A stretch of DNA of 64,000 nucleotides from Patescibacteria group bacterium (GTDB lineage: Bacteria > Patescibacteriota > UBA1384 > XYA2-FULL-43-10 > 1-14-0-10-43-13). Below are positions 19,855-29,974 of this stretch, in pieces. The stretch's first letter is position 1, and each line of letters opens with the position of its first letter. Position numbers and translations under genes: made by a program. Location: positions 393,708-457,707 of the forward strand of contig JBAYHC010000001.1 in assembly GCA_041666325.1 (NCBI GenBank), given 5' to 3'. Under the pieces are notes generated by a model that saw nothing but the letters and a program-made list of their open reading frames with translations, was not told where the DNA came from and did not search any database.

Positions 19855-20901
19855 CTACTTAAGAGTGGAATAGTATATACCCTTCTCGTGTTGACCATAG
19901 TACATAAACCACTTTTCGCCGATCTTCGCTAGAGTTGGGTCACCGGGAGGATTGGGAGAGTAGAGAATTTTGGCATCTTTGCTAGCAGGAAAATCTAAGA
20001 CCGGTTCCGAAAAAACGCCATCTTTGTATGTGCTATAGTAGACCCCCTTGTATGACCAAAAGTAAAGACGAAGCTCATCGTCACCTGTGGTGAGCGAAGT
20101 CGAACCACCCCAAGTAACCCATTCCGGACCATCGGCATGGCCTTCTAGTATCGCGTTGCGGCTATCGACAGCTATGCCCCGCTTCTGCCAAGTTAATCCA
20201 TCAGTGGATGTCGCATAAAAGAATAACTGGGTGGAGCTGTTGGGCGTCATCGTGCCGTACTTTTGGTTAATCATGCCGCGATAGACCATAATATAGCTTC
20301 CGTCAGAGAGTTGCATTGTTGTCGGTGCTGCGACATTGTCGATATTTAGCCCGGTTTCTGCTTTCTCGATTCGCGTTCCTGGCTCATCCTTTAAAACCAG
20401 ACCGTCAGTTGAGATAGCACTTTTAATAACGCCGGCATTTTGAAAATAAACTCGAAACGTTCCATCTAGCAATTTAACAACATCGGGAAAGGTGGCGTAG
20501 GTCTTCCTTTCCCCATCTTCCTTCGTCCAATTAATTCCATCAGTCGAAGTGGCCGAGTACATCTCGAGTTTGTTGCCCGCCACCTCCGGCTCGACAGAGT
20601 AATACATACGATAGCGCCCATCTCCTAGATCAACTACTTCAGCATCGGCGAACTTGCCAGCAATGGCTGCTTGCCCTGTCTGCCAAGTTTTTTTGGCAGA
20701 CACTTCCTTGGTTGTCGGCTCGCTTGTGTCTGTATTAATCTGCTTCTCAAGATTAGTGGATACCTCTGTTTCTTTATTACTGAATAAATAATAGCTGCCG
20801 CCAGCCAATATAAGCAAAATCACGACCAGGATAATAATCCATGTCTTATTATTGTTTTTTTTCTGGCCGCCTTCTGGCTGCACGTTCTCTGCTTCGTCCA
20901 T
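19855..20901 (-). CDS. Membrane-anchored beta-propeller protein (GH32/43 or BNR-like repeats)
   Basis: N-terminal TM; repeated (A/I)xSTDGxxW blades and DPT/PDVV motifs. Confidence 0.7.
   Translation of the reverse strand: MDEAENVQPEGGQKKNNNKTWIIILVVILLILAGGSYYLFSNKETEVSTNLEKQINTDTSEPTTKEVSAKKTWQTGQAAIAGKFADAEVVDLGDGRYRMYYSVEPEVAGNKLEMYSATSTDGINWTKEDGERKTYATFPDVVKLLDGTFRVYFQNAGVIKSAISTDGLVLKDEPGTRIEKAETGLNIDNVAAPTTMQLSDGSYIMVYRGMINQKYGTMTPNSSTQLFFYATSTDGLTWQKRGIAVDSRNAILEGHADGPEWVTWGGSTSLTTGDDELRLYFWSYKGVYYSTYKDGVFSEPVLDFPASKDAKILYSPNPPGDPTLAKIGEKWFMYYGQHEKGIYYSTLK
20087..20108. repeat. REP-like palindrome inserted in-frame in a CDS
   Basis: gtggtgagcgaagtcgaaccac encodes GSTSLTT, which is absent from comparable blades. 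Confidence 0.7.
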
Positions 20902-20969
20902 CAAGCCCTCCAATATTTAATGTTCTTGTAGCCGCCAAGTTCTTCATCACCAACTAAAATAGCGTTCGT

Positions 20970-21467
20970 TTATTGGCACTTTTCTCTTATTTTTCCCATA
21001 GCTTTTGCAAGCTCTGTAAAGGTACCAATAGCTGTGCCGACAATACCCAGAATAATTAAAATTCGGACAAGCAGCGTCCAGTTAAATGAATAGGCCGAAA
21101 AGTCAAAGGGAAAGATGTAGCAGGTACTTATCATTACGACAATGCTCCAGATGTTTAGCAGAGCTTTTAGGGCGGCGCGGAGAGTTGAGCTATCAATCAG
21201 AAGGAAAATAATGTTGGCAACAATGGTTGCAATGGAGGATATATAGAAAAGTGTTAGTGTTGCTGAAAATGAATCAGTTACAAACGGCAGCCATCCCTCA
21301 AGTCTACCGTAGATCCAAAGTAGAATAATGCTAGCAATGATGGTGAAAATATATTCAGCCGGCTTCTCGATTCTTTTGCCGATTTCATCCCCCCTCGTCT
21401 CCCACTCCTTTTCAACTTTTTTGCCCCACGCTTCTGCTTTTTGTCCCCACTCTTCTTCTTTGGTCAT
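20970..21467 (-). CDS. 4-TM membrane protein
   Basis: Charged N-terminus, four hydrophobic segments, FPFDFS motif. Confidence 0.75.
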   Translation of the reverse strand: MTKEEEWGQKAEAWGKKVEKEWETRGDEIGKRIEKPAEYIFTIIASIILLWIYGRLEGWLPFVTDSFSATLTLFYISSIATIVANIIFLLIDSSTLRAALKALLNIWSIVVMISTCYIFPFDFSAYSFNWTLLVRILIILGIVGTAIGTFTELAKAMGKIREKCQ

Positions 21468-21591
21468 GCGCTCCCTTCTTGTCCGTTTGTCTCCAAATAT
21501 TATTACTAGGTCTTTTGATTATACTCTTCCGTTCCGAGATTACTAAATATTTTCAAAGAATTTTGATCCGAGGAAAAATGGCGGAAGTATA

Positions 21592-21846
21592 TCAACGATG
21601 AGGACAGCCAGGCCAACAGCATGGACGGCGTTTTCCGGCAAACAGCTCCGACCGCACCCTCTCAATATGGCTAATTCTCGTCTCTGGTTTTTTGACGGAT
21701 TCCACCCAACAGATCCACTCATTGCGTGCCAACGGGGTTAAAGCTTCCCATGCTGCTTGTACCTCCGGAGTGGAAACGAGAGCCTTTTTTAAGTCCTCCG
21801 GGACATTGTGAACAACGCCACCGCTAATTTCTTTATTTGTCATCAT
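21592..21846 (-). CDS. YdeI/OmpD-associated family protein
   Basis: VPEDLKKAL, LTPLARNEWICWVESVKKPETR, RPCCWPGCPHR. Confidence 0.85.
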   Translation of the reverse strand: MMTNKEISGGVVHNVPEDLKKALVSTPEVQAAWEALTPLARNEWICWVESVKKPETRISHIERVRSELFAGKRRPCCWPGCPHR

Positions 21847-22031
21847 AAGATACTCGATTAATAACTCCAAAGGAGCGTTTGTTTCTTGAGATTTACAGTA
21901 TGTACCAAATCCATGTCGTCTTCTTTATGGATTCAGCCAGAAATAGATGGTAATGACAGCAAGTACAAGTAGAATGCCAAAGACTAGGTCGACCAACGAT
22001 TTCTCGTTTTCATATCGTTATTAACAAAAAA

Positions 22032-23240
22032 TTACCGATAATATATTATAGCGCCATCTTCGGGAAATGTTGCTGGACAGCTTCCTGATGCACTATAGTT
22101 CATTTTCATCTCCATGTCTGAAACAACCTTAAAGTAAGCGTAGCCTTGAGTTTTTTTGTCATCGCTCCAAATTGTCAAATCATAGCAATGGAAATCGGTC
22201 ACAGTAGCCGGATCTTGGTAGCTCTTGTTGTTCACGCCCAGAACATAACGCTGTCTGTTTGTCTCGTAGAGCACAATCTCATTTGCCGAAGTTTTATAGA
22301 CTGAAAAAGGTGTCGCGTATGATCCCTGATAGTCGTCCTTCATCCCCTCTTTATCCAGGTGCCACAGGCCAGAGATACTGCCTTTTGCATCCTTTGAGTT
22401 GGTACCGCAAGTCTTGGACTGGCCGGCTTTAGAGTATCCCATCAAGGCGAGATAAAATGCCTTCTGCGAATCTTCATAATAGTCAAATGGGCAGACAGCG
22501 TTAACATAATCGTACTGGTTTCTTAATTTTTCATACCTTGCCTGATTAACGAAAGCATTTGTTTTTTGATTGTCGCGAAGATAAATATTCCAATTGTGGG
22601 CCTCTCTTGTTCCTGAGGTTTTGGCAATAAGTTCCCCGGCTTTGAATGAAAGTTTCTTGATCGGCGGGACATAGCCTGAATTTGGCGTGGGAGGAGTAAC
22701 TGCTTTTATCTCGTCTGGAACCCAAGAGATATGATCGAAACTGAGTTTCATGTCCTTTGAGATTCTAAAACCCAAATGCCACTGGACGGGACGATCGGGA
22801 ACTTGCGGATCAGGGGCATAAGAATAATCCTCGAGCGTCATATCAATCGGCGCGTAGACTTCCATTGGCTCGGCGTTGCCGTTAGCATCTTTTTTGAGAT
22901 TAATACCGAGCCCATTGATCGGTTGCGTCTCGACATAGCCGCCATTGAGCTCGCCCAGAGGAGTGATATGGCTGACCTTCTCCGGATCAAAGATCCTAGC
23001 ACTAAAGACCACCTCGGTATCGCTTGATTGTGCCTCGTCACTAGAGCTTTCCGTTTGGCTGGTTTGGGGCACTAACTCACCTGCAATTTGAGCTGTTTTC
23101 ACTGATTGCTCCGACCTTCTCTCGCCGCTCCATTTCCCAAGAGCAATGATTGCCAATCCCACAGCTAATACAATCCCCAAACAAATCCACCACCGCTTCG
23201 ATTTATCAGCTGGGCGTACTAAATCTTTTTCATTTTCCAT
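22032..23240 (-). CDS. Membrane-anchored degenerate M23/LytM-like protein, paralog A
   Basis: TM anchor; VYAPIDM, FDHI, FKAGELIA, AVCPFDYY; C-terminal domain shared with paralog B. Confidence 0.7.
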   Translation of the reverse strand: MENEKDLVRPADKSKRWWICLGIVLAVGLAIIALGKWSGERRSEQSVKTAQIAGELVPQTSQTESSSDEAQSSDTEVVFSARIFDPEKVSHITPLGELNGGYVETQPINGLGINLKKDANGNAEPMEVYAPIDMTLEDYSYAPDPQVPDRPVQWHLGFRISKDMKLSFDHISWVPDEIKAVTPPTPNSGYVPPIKKLSFKAGELIAKTSGTREAHNWNIYLRDNQKTNAFVNQARYEKLRNQYDYVNAVCPFDYYEDSQKAFYLALMGYSKAGQSKTCGTNSKDAKGSISGLWHLDKEGMKDDYQGSYATPFSVYKTSANEIVLYETNRQRYVLGVNNKSYQDPATVTDFHCYDLTIWSDDKKTQGYAYFKVVSDMEMKMNYSASGSCPATFPEDGAIIYYR

Positions 23241-23269
23241 AATTCCTCGTATCAAGTGTAAATAATTTA

Positions 23270-24445
23270 CTATCTTTCCCAGGCTTCGGCTTGGTTTTCA
23301 GGGAAAGTTGCTGGACAGGAACCGCTGCCGGTAGCTACCGACATTTCAGTTTCGGAATTCAGTTTGATATAAGCCCATTTACCTGTGTCGGAGTAACAAG
23401 CACTATTACCGGGCGTGACGTTTTCAGGCATAACTTTTGCCTTGTAATCGCGAACGGAAAAGTTACCCGAACCATTCTCACGTCGGTTGATCTCAACTCG
23501 CTTGGCGAGTGTGCCAATTTCTAGCCATTTACCACTAGTATCGGTCGCATCGCCTTGAAACCAGCCGCCAGCGGCGGTGCCGGCGACGTCATGCGAAGGG
23601 CTACCGCAGCTGAGTGGTTCAAGGACCTGGCCGTCTTGCGAACGCATTATGTCATAGTACTTTGCTTTTAATTCGTCACTAAAGTAATCGTACGGGCAGT
23701 CGGCAGTGACGACCTGGTCCCATTTCCAGCGGACAGGATTTATATGGGGAACGGTTTTGGCGCTGTTGAGCAAAAAGAGATCAAAAGATCCGGCCTGGGG
23801 AGTGCCGTCGGTATAGCCAACAAGCTCGCCTGCTTTGACCGGGATCGAGACATATTTTAGATCGTTTGATCGGCTTGATGGCTCGGCCGGTGCATAGGCC
23901 TTAATCTTGTCGACGACGTCATCAATATGGTCAAAGTTAAACGTCACCTCGCAACTGATCCTAAATTCGAGGCGATATTCGCCCGGTGCAGCGGGATTGT
24001 TGGGGTCGCGCCGGGCATAAACGAGCGATTGAATGGTTGTGTCGATCGGGGCATAAAGCGGCGTTTTGATCCGGCTTGCGCCCTCACCCTTGACCTGGAC
24101 GTAGCTCCGGCCAGGCGAGCCAACCATAATACCGCCGATCGGATTAACCTGTTTGATGTTTTCAAGATCGGTGAACCCGGAGGTAAAGACAGGCTTGGGA
24201 TTACTTTCACAACTTTTATCACTTGGCCCTTTTGATTGATCGGAAATCTGTCCGAATTGAATTCCATTCTCTGGTCTTCGTATTTTCCCTGTCTTCAACC
24301 CAAATGCTATTAACGCCAGCAAAGCAAGGAAAGCAATAAAAAGAATCCACAGGCTTCGCTTCCTTGACTTGCCCCGTGAAATTCTACCTGCAGCAGACTC
24401 GCTATGCAAGATTTCACTGCTTAAATTGCTTGGTTCTTTCTCCAT
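23270..24445 (-). CDS. Membrane-anchored degenerate M23/LytM-like protein, paralog B
   Basis: CESNPKPVFT, LYAPIDT, FDHI, VKAGELVGYT, DCPYDYF, GSCPATFPE. Confidence 0.7.
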   Translation of the reverse strand: MEKEPSNLSSEILHSESAAGRISRGKSRKRSLWILFIAFLALLALIAFGLKTGKIRRPENGIQFGQISDQSKGPSDKSCESNPKPVFTSGFTDLENIKQVNPIGGIMVGSPGRSYVQVKGEGASRIKTPLYAPIDTTIQSLVYARRDPNNPAAPGEYRLEFRISCEVTFNFDHIDDVVDKIKAYAPAEPSSRSNDLKYVSIPVKAGELVGYTDGTPQAGSFDLFLLNSAKTVPHINPVRWKWDQVVTADCPYDYFSDELKAKYYDIMRSQDGQVLEPLSCGSPSHDVAGTAAGGWFQGDATDTSGKWLEIGTLAKRVEINRRENGSGNFSVRDYKAKVMPENVTPGNSACYSDTGKWAYIKLNSETEMSVATGSGSCPATFPENQAEAWER

Positions 24446-24469
24446 AAAACCCTCCCCAGGTGGTGTCGT

Positions 24470-24510
24470 CCTGAACTTGCCCGCCCTGAGCGAGGCCGAA
24501 GGGATTCAGG
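24470..24510. repeat. Nested palindromic elements
   Basis: cctgaacttg[cccgccctgagcgaggccgaaggg]attcagg: a REP-like unit inside a second palindrome. Confidence 0.65.
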
Positions 24511-24577
24511 GTCCAGTTACTTATTCTTCGAGCAGAGTCTAGAGCGCCCTTTTTTAGCGCTCTAGTAAAACACAAAT

Positions 24578-26152
24578 TTATGAGTCCTTGCCGGCGTAAT
24601 AATTGCTGCAAATGTCCGGGGCGTTAGCCTTCATCTCCGGCCAGTTGGTGTTGGCCCACCATGTTTCTAATGAGCTTTTGGCGCTAGCCGAGAAATAGGT
24701 CAGAGGGCAAAGCCGGCCATCAATAAAATTTTGGTTTGTGCCTTCGCTTACATAACCAAACTCCCAGTGGATCATCCGAAAGTTTGGCTTATCAGTGACT
24801 GCAGCAGGGTGTTGGGGGTAACCGATAACGTCTCCCGCCTTGACTGCTTCACCCACCTTTAGCCCCTCCCTAACGCTACTCATCTCAGTATAATCAACGC
24901 CGTAGCGGCCGTTCTCTGTTGCTACATCCCAGGTGCCAACATGATTGGTGCCAGCCCTGATCTCTGTCACGGTCGCGTCCATTGAAGCGATGATGCTTGG
25001 GAGCGAATCAGGATTATCCCACTGGAAATCGATCCCGGGGTGGCCATACGGCAGTGAGTGAAACAGTGTTTCGCCCATCGGCATGATACCGTCTGGCTTC
25101 GGTGAACCAGAGACGGGCAAGTAGAGCACCGGCCTGGCTTGAGGTACTGGCGTTTCCGGTGCCGGCGTTGACTCGGCTGGCGCAGACTGTGCCGCAGACT
25201 GGCTGCTCTGGCTTGAAGATTGGTTGCTACTTGAATTCGACACTGGATTAGACTGTGCCGGAGATTGAGCTGTAGCTTTTGGTTGCTCCTCTTTTTTTGC
25301 CTCAGCTTGATTGCGCTGTTCATTCGCAGCTTGTCTTGGGTCAATATAACCGCTCAAATAGACAAAGTGCTTGTCCGGTTCGGTGCTATCATAATTGATT
25401 GCAAACTGCTCCCCATTGCATTGCAACGGCTGAGCATCCCGCTCTTCTTTAGTGATAATAAAATCATTTCGCTCCTTCGCGCCGCGTTCTTGATAGTTGG
25501 CAAAGATATTGTCCGGCATTACTGAGAAATAGGAAATCAGTTCTTCGTTAAACTTGGACCCTCTAGTGATGGCAATATCGGTATTCTGGTTCAAGCCGAT
25601 CTGGCCGATCGGCTGTCCGGACTGCACCTTGGTTCCTTTGCCAAAGCCAGGCAACAAATAGACATGAAAAAGCCGAACAGTGTAACCCTTGGCACTGTCG
25701 GGACGGATGTAAACCTGTTTGCCGATCGGGGTCCGCTCCTCCCCGACTGAAACAATCTCGCCATCAACCGGGCTAAAAATATCGATGCCCTTACCCGGAG
25801 AAGGAGGCTTGGGGAATCCGTTGTTTTCCGTTCGCTCGCGCTCGACCTCTGGCGACCATTGGACATTGAAATAATGCTTCATGCTGCGACAAGTTTCGCC
25901 CTGGCCAGAAAAATCATGTCCTGAGCCGGACCGAAATTTGGAGATCGAAAATATGTATTTTAAATCAATAAAATCGGCTTGGATGAACTGAGGTGGTGGG
26001 CTGTCATCTTTCTCTCCGAAACCGACCCCGGTAACCTTAAGAGCTATAGCGACAACGAGAAGCAACAATACGGCACCCAATATTATCCACAGCCATTTCT
26101 TTGGACGATTAATCGGCTGCTCTGACAAGGCCTGGTGGTTTTCACCCTCCAT
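24578..26152 (-). CDS. Membrane-anchored protein with two M23/LytM-like domains joined by a Ser/Gln/Pro linker, paralog C
   Basis: Domain 1: IFSPVDGEI, LFHV, VQSGQPIG. Domain 2: HPGIDF, VKAGDVIG, IHWEF, LCPLTYF. Confidence 0.7.
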   Translation of the reverse strand: MEGENHQALSEQPINRPKKWLWIILGAVLLLLVVAIALKVTGVGFGEKDDSPPPQFIQADFIDLKYIFSISKFRSGSGHDFSGQGETCRSMKHYFNVQWSPEVERERTENNGFPKPPSPGKGIDIFSPVDGEIVSVGEERTPIGKQVYIRPDSAKGYTVRLFHVYLLPGFGKGTKVQSGQPIGQIGLNQNTDIAITRGSKFNEELISYFSVMPDNIFANYQERGAKERNDFIITKEERDAQPLQCNGEQFAINYDSTEPDKHFVYLSGYIDPRQAANEQRNQAEAKKEEQPKATAQSPAQSNPVSNSSSNQSSSQSSQSAAQSAPAESTPAPETPVPQARPVLYLPVSGSPKPDGIMPMGETLFHSLPYGHPGIDFQWDNPDSLPSIIASMDATVTEIRAGTNHVGTWDVATENGRYGVDYTEMSSVREGLKVGEAVKAGDVIGYPQHPAAVTDKPNFRMIHWEFGYVSEGTNQNFIDGRLCPLTYFSASAKSSLETWWANTNWPEMKANAPDICSNYYAGKDS

Positions 26153-26287
26153 TTCGCCTCCGTTAAATTAGAAAAAGTTAAAGGTCACAGTGGCGACCGC
26201 AATAATTGTTACCCCCATTATACTCTTCTCCATAAATAAGCAAACTGGTATTGTTGTACGCTGACTGTAATTTTTAAGGAGATTATT

Positions 26288-26797
26288 ATGGGAAATATCA
26301 ATCAAAAAATCACCCCGTCCTTGTGGTTCGACCAAGAGTGCGAAGAGGCGGTCAATTTTTATGTCGGTGTTTTTAACAGCTCGCCAACCAAAAAGCAGGA
26401 TTCGAAAGTTGTTTCGATTGCTCGTTACGAAGAAGGAATGGAGACACCAGGAGATATGACCGGCAAAGTCTTAACGGCGATCTTTGAGCTCGAAGGCCAG
26501 CGTTTTATGGCGCTGGATGGTGGTCCGATATTTAAATTCAACGAAGCAATTTCGTTCCAAGTGGAGTGCGAAGATCAGGCAGAGGTCGATTACTTCTGGA
26601 CCAAGCTCTCTGCTGTTCCGGAATCCGAACAGTGCGGCTGGCTGAAAGATAAATTCGGCCTCTCCTGGCAAATCGTCCCCAAGCGATTGGGCGAACTAAT
26701 GAGCGATCCCGACAAAGAGAAGGTGGTCAGAGTGACTAACGAAATGCTTAAGATGAAAAAGATCATCATCGCCGACCTAGAAAAAGAGGCTTCTTAG
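26288..26797 (+). CDS. VOC family protein (PhnB/3-demethylubiquinone-9 3-methyltransferase-like)
   Basis: QKITPSLWFD, FMALDGGP.FKFNEAISF, CGWLKDKFGLSWQIVP. Confidence 0.9.
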   Translation: MGNINQKITPSLWFDQECEEAVNFYVGVFNSSPTKKQDSKVVSIARYEEGMETPGDMTGKVLTAIFELEGQRFMALDGGPIFKFNEAISFQVECEDQAEVDYFWTKLSAVPESEQCGWLKDKFGLSWQIVPKRLGELMSDPDKEKVVRVTNEMLKMKKIIIADLEKEAS

Positions 26798-26821
26798 CAG
26801 CTATCGCCCCAACACGTCGTT

Positions 26822-27586
26822 CTACAATTCGCAAATTACCGGCAAATGGTCGGAGGGTGTTCGCTCAATATTGTCTGAAGATAGGTATTTTGAATCATCA
26901 ACTTCAAGATTGCCACCACTTAAATTTGAAAAAATGAAATCAATACACTTTCTGGGCGGGTGTACCTCCGACCAGTCAAATACCGTCTTGGCATCTAAGC
27001 AATTACCATCAATCAAAGTAAAATGTTCACGTAAAAGGGTCAATTGGGGACTATTAATATCTCCGTTGAAGTCGCCAGTGATAATGTAATTTTTTGGCGA
27101 TAGTTTGGCAATAATATTTGATAAAGCTTCTGCTTCCCTAGTTGCTACTTCCTGTGATAAATGGTCAAAGTGAGTATTGAAAATGGAGATCTCTGTCTTG
27201 CCATCAAAGAGCAATTTTAAATAGGTAACAGTGCGATGGTGCCTACTTTGACCGGGCAGCTTACTCGCCCGGCTCGGCGTCTCAGTCAGATAATAATAAC
27301 CTTTTTCGATCACTGAGAACTTCTCAGTATTATAAAAAATCGAGTTTGCCTCGCCGGCAATGTCAGCATTAAGATCCTCATTGTAAAATCCCCAGACTTC
27401 CAGACCGGGAAATTGGCTTTTTAAGTATTTTACTTGCTCTGGATGGTCTTCTTGGACACAAAGCAGATCAGGATTATACTTTCCGATCAATTCAGCCAAC
27501 GGCTGCTTTCGATTTTCCCACCGGTTAGCCTCTTCCCCCTCCTCGCCAAGTCGCCTGATATTGTAAGAAATTACTTTAATTTTCAT
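26822..27586 (-). CDS. Endonuclease/exonuclease/phosphatase family protein
   Basis: SYNIR, CVQE, NTHFDH, GDFN, IDFIF, SDHLPV. Confidence 0.9.
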   Translation of the reverse strand: MKIKVISYNIRRLGEEGEEANRWENRKQPLAELIGKYNPDLLCVQEDHPEQVKYLKSQFPGLEVWGFYNEDLNADIAGEANSIFYNTEKFSVIEKGYYYLTETPSRASKLPGQSRHHRTVTYLKLLFDGKTEISIFNTHFDHLSQEVATREAEALSNIIAKLSPKNYIITGDFNGDINSPQLTLLREHFTLIDGNCLDAKTVFDWSEVHPPRKCIDFIFSNLSGGNLEVDDSKYLSSDNIERTPSDHLPVICEL

Positions 27587-27658
27587 ACCGCGTTATTTAT
27601 GGCTTAAGCAGTGCGAGAACTTCATATTTCTTACATTATACTCTTGCCAACTGTAAAA

Positions 27659-27695
27659 CTAAAATCACCCTTCGACAAGCTCAGGGTGATTTTAG
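27659..27695. terminator. Terminator-like hairpin whose loop is the REP-like core
   Basis: ctaaaatcaccct-tcgacaagctc-agggtgattttag. Confidence 0.7.
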
Positions 27696-27703
27696 GCGAC
27701 CGT

Positions 27704-27904
27704 TTAGAGCAGGCCGGCGAGGTGCAGCAGATAAAGGAAGATGCCAAGCGGAACGATGAAGATTGCCCAACCGAGTGACAATCCTACTGGCGAATTCCAC
27801 TCGTCCCAATGGGCCCTGCGTGGCTTGAACCAGTAGTCCGGTTCTTCCAACATCTTCTTCTGCATTGCTTCTTCGTGAGCCTTATTGAACTCTTTTCTGT
27901 CCAT
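27704..27904 (-). CDS. Small membrane protein
   Basis: C-terminal TM SPVGLSLGWAIFIVPLGIFLYLLHLAGLL. Confidence 0.65.
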   Translation of the reverse strand: MDRKEFNKAHEEAMQKKMLEEPDYWFKPRRAHWDEWNSPVGLSLGWAIFIVPLGIFLYLLHLAGLL

Positions 27905-28232
27905 AAGCACCCCAACAAGTTAAGTTGATAGACTATTCAACTCGACCCTTCGACGAGCTAGAGAGCAAGTCAAAGCATGAATAGTTGGGGCCCTTGATTT
28001 AGTGTTGGACTCCTTTGTTTGTACCCCAAGGGCAGGACAGGAGCATATAATCCAATGGCTGAAATATACCTTATTAGAGACTGTAGATCAAGGAACAGAC
28101 CCTTTTTTGAAGGAGGGCGAGAGTGGTTACCGGCCCCATAACGCTTCTCCCCCGCTGCTGTCATTCCAGTGAAGGCCGGAATCGACTCCTTTCGTTTTAA
28201 GCGCTAAACCGCATGTCGTAACTTAGCTTCAT

Positions 28233-29030
28233 TTATGGAGTATTTGCAGTTTTCTTCTTCTGATAACCTTTTTCGTGCAAAAGTTGAGCAAAAAAAGCCG
28301 GCGGGAAAACACTTTTAAATATTCTGATTAATTCTAATATTCCCTTGATAATTTCATCGGTCGTTGTCAGTAGTTCTGGCTTATCTGGCTTCAGAATATA
28401 AATATCGTTAACCTTGGGGCGGGCGGTAATAAAAAATTCAATTTTTCCGCCGGATTGATGAGGGAAGACATACAAATGTGAAAAGTGGGTCCTTATGTCT
28501 CTAGCTGCAATACCTCTTGATCTGTCTAATGACAACAACATCTTGAGCCATGCAGAATCCCTAGCCTTTTGCAGTGCCTCAAAATACGGTTCACCAAGGT
28601 CATTCAGAGTACACCTTTTGTGTTTAAGGAAGTCTGTAAAACTACTAGGTAAATCTAACTTTGGAAAAACTAATTTGTTGATTTGTTCGATAATTTCAAG
28701 GATGCTGCGACTTTCCACGAGTAAGTAGTTAGCATAGAGTTGTAATTTATCAAATGAATCAGGATTCAGAGTTAACTCACAAGTTTCTTTGTTGTAACTT
28801 CTCTCTAACAAATCTACCAACCGATGAATTTCTTTGCCGGCTATCAGAACAAGATTTATTTTTACACTCAGGTCTTCGAACCTGCTCTCGAACAGGATCG
28901 GTAAAAATTTATCTATGGGTCCATCCACCTTTGAATTATAACCGATAGACAAAACACGGTCATACCCCGGAAAGACGGTTGTACCCGCAAAACGAACACT
29001 CAACCCGTTTTGTTTATCATTGGAACCCAT
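28233..29030 (-). CDS. Putative HEPN-domain protein (Cthe_2314-like)
   Basis: Helical protein with ESRSILE and RxxxxH motif RDIRTH; visibly AT-rich. Confidence 0.5.
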   Translation of the reverse strand: MGSNDKQNGLSVRFAGTTVFPGYDRVLSIGYNSKVDGPIDKFLPILFESRFEDLSVKINLVLIAGKEIHRLVDLLERSYNKETCELTLNPDSFDKLQLYANYLLVESRSILEIIEQINKLVFPKLDLPSSFTDFLKHKRCTLNDLGEPYFEALQKARDSAWLKMLLSLDRSRGIAARDIRTHFSHLYVFPHQSGGKIEFFITARPKVNDIYILKPDKPELLTTTDEIIKGILELIRIFKSVFPPAFFAQLLHEKGYQKKKTANTP

Positions 29031-29110
29031 AAAATTTAGTCAATGAGCACGCCCACCCGGATCCTAATATTGCGGTAAATGTAACAACTCAAATGATTTC
29101 TCATTCTGTC

Positions 29111-29758
29111 TTATGATATTTTCTGTCCAGTTTCAGCTTTGATCTCAGAGGCAAACTCCGGCATACTTTCGAACCATTCTCTTACTTCTTTGCCGATTAC
29201 ATCTTGCCAGAATTGAGCTTTGTCTTCGGCTGGAATATCGGCAAGAATCGGACCATCCACTGATATTTTTTGAAGAGACTCGAGAGGGTAACCAGGAATC
29301 CGGTTTTCGGAAGCTTCACTGGTGAAAATCCGAGGACTTTTGATTTCTTTTGTCAATATCCGTCCATCAGGATGAGCAATGCAAAGTCCGAATTCCCAAT
29401 AAGAATTTAGTGTTTCGCCATGATTGCGGATAAATTCTGCATATTTAGCAACAGCAGCTTCGTCATCCAATCGTTTTTCAGATAGGAAAGTTCTTACATG
29501 AATACCTGGCTGTTCTTCAGCGGGCAAACCTTCAAAGTAAAGGGCATTATCCATTGAAAGCACGGGCTCCCCTATTGCTTGACTGTAGGCTCGAGCTTTG
29601 ATCACGGCGTTTTCAAGAGCGCTTGTCCCATTTTCCTCAACCCTCGGTAAATCAGGAAAGTCGCCAATTCCTATCACATCAATGCCAAGTCTACTCAGAG
29701 CCGCCTGGATCTGGTTAATCTTCTCCTGGTTGGTCGTGCCAAAGATAATTTGTTTCAT
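29111..29758 (-). CDS. Ham1/ITPase-family non-canonical purine NTP pyrophosphatase
   Basis: FGTTNQEK, EENGTSALENAVIKARAY, QPGIHVR. Confidence 0.85.
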   Translation of the reverse strand: MKQIIFGTTNQEKINQIQAALSRLGIDVIGIGDFPDLPRVEENGTSALENAVIKARAYSQAIGEPVLSMDNALYFEGLPAEEQPGIHVRTFLSEKRLDDEAAVAKYAEFIRNHGETLNSYWEFGLCIAHPDGRILTKEIKSPRIFTSEASENRIPGYPLESLQKISVDGPILADIPAEDKAQFWQDVIGKEVREWFESMPEFASEIKAETGQKIS

Positions 29759-29765
29759 GATAGTA

Positions 29766-29819
29766 ATCCTATTCCCAAATTAGTAAACCTGCAAGGGATT
29801 GATTCCATTGTAACCACCC
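29766..29819 (-). promoter_or_regulatory. Sigma70-type promoter, duplicated copy 1 (leaderless start)
   Basis: TTGCAG-17-TAGGAT-7-ATG(29758); 29771..29819 is 41/49 identical to 30672..30720. Confidence 0.6.
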
Positions 29820-29849
29820 CTCCAACCCTTTTCATACAAATACGGGACA

Positions 29850-29955
29850 GGCCCTTCAAAAGAAGGGGAGAAACACGCTTCGCTAGATTCTTCACTTCGT
29901 TCAGAATGACAAGAGAGGAATGGACCCCCGGGTTGAAACACGTGAATGACGACAG
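29850..29955. repeat. Cluster of palindromic repeat fragments
   Basis: cccttcaaaagaagggg (cf. 30775) and acacgcttcgctagattcttc...cagaatgaca (cf. 42282..42320). Confidence 0.65.
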
Positions 29956-29974
29956 AACTCAGAATGCGTATGCT

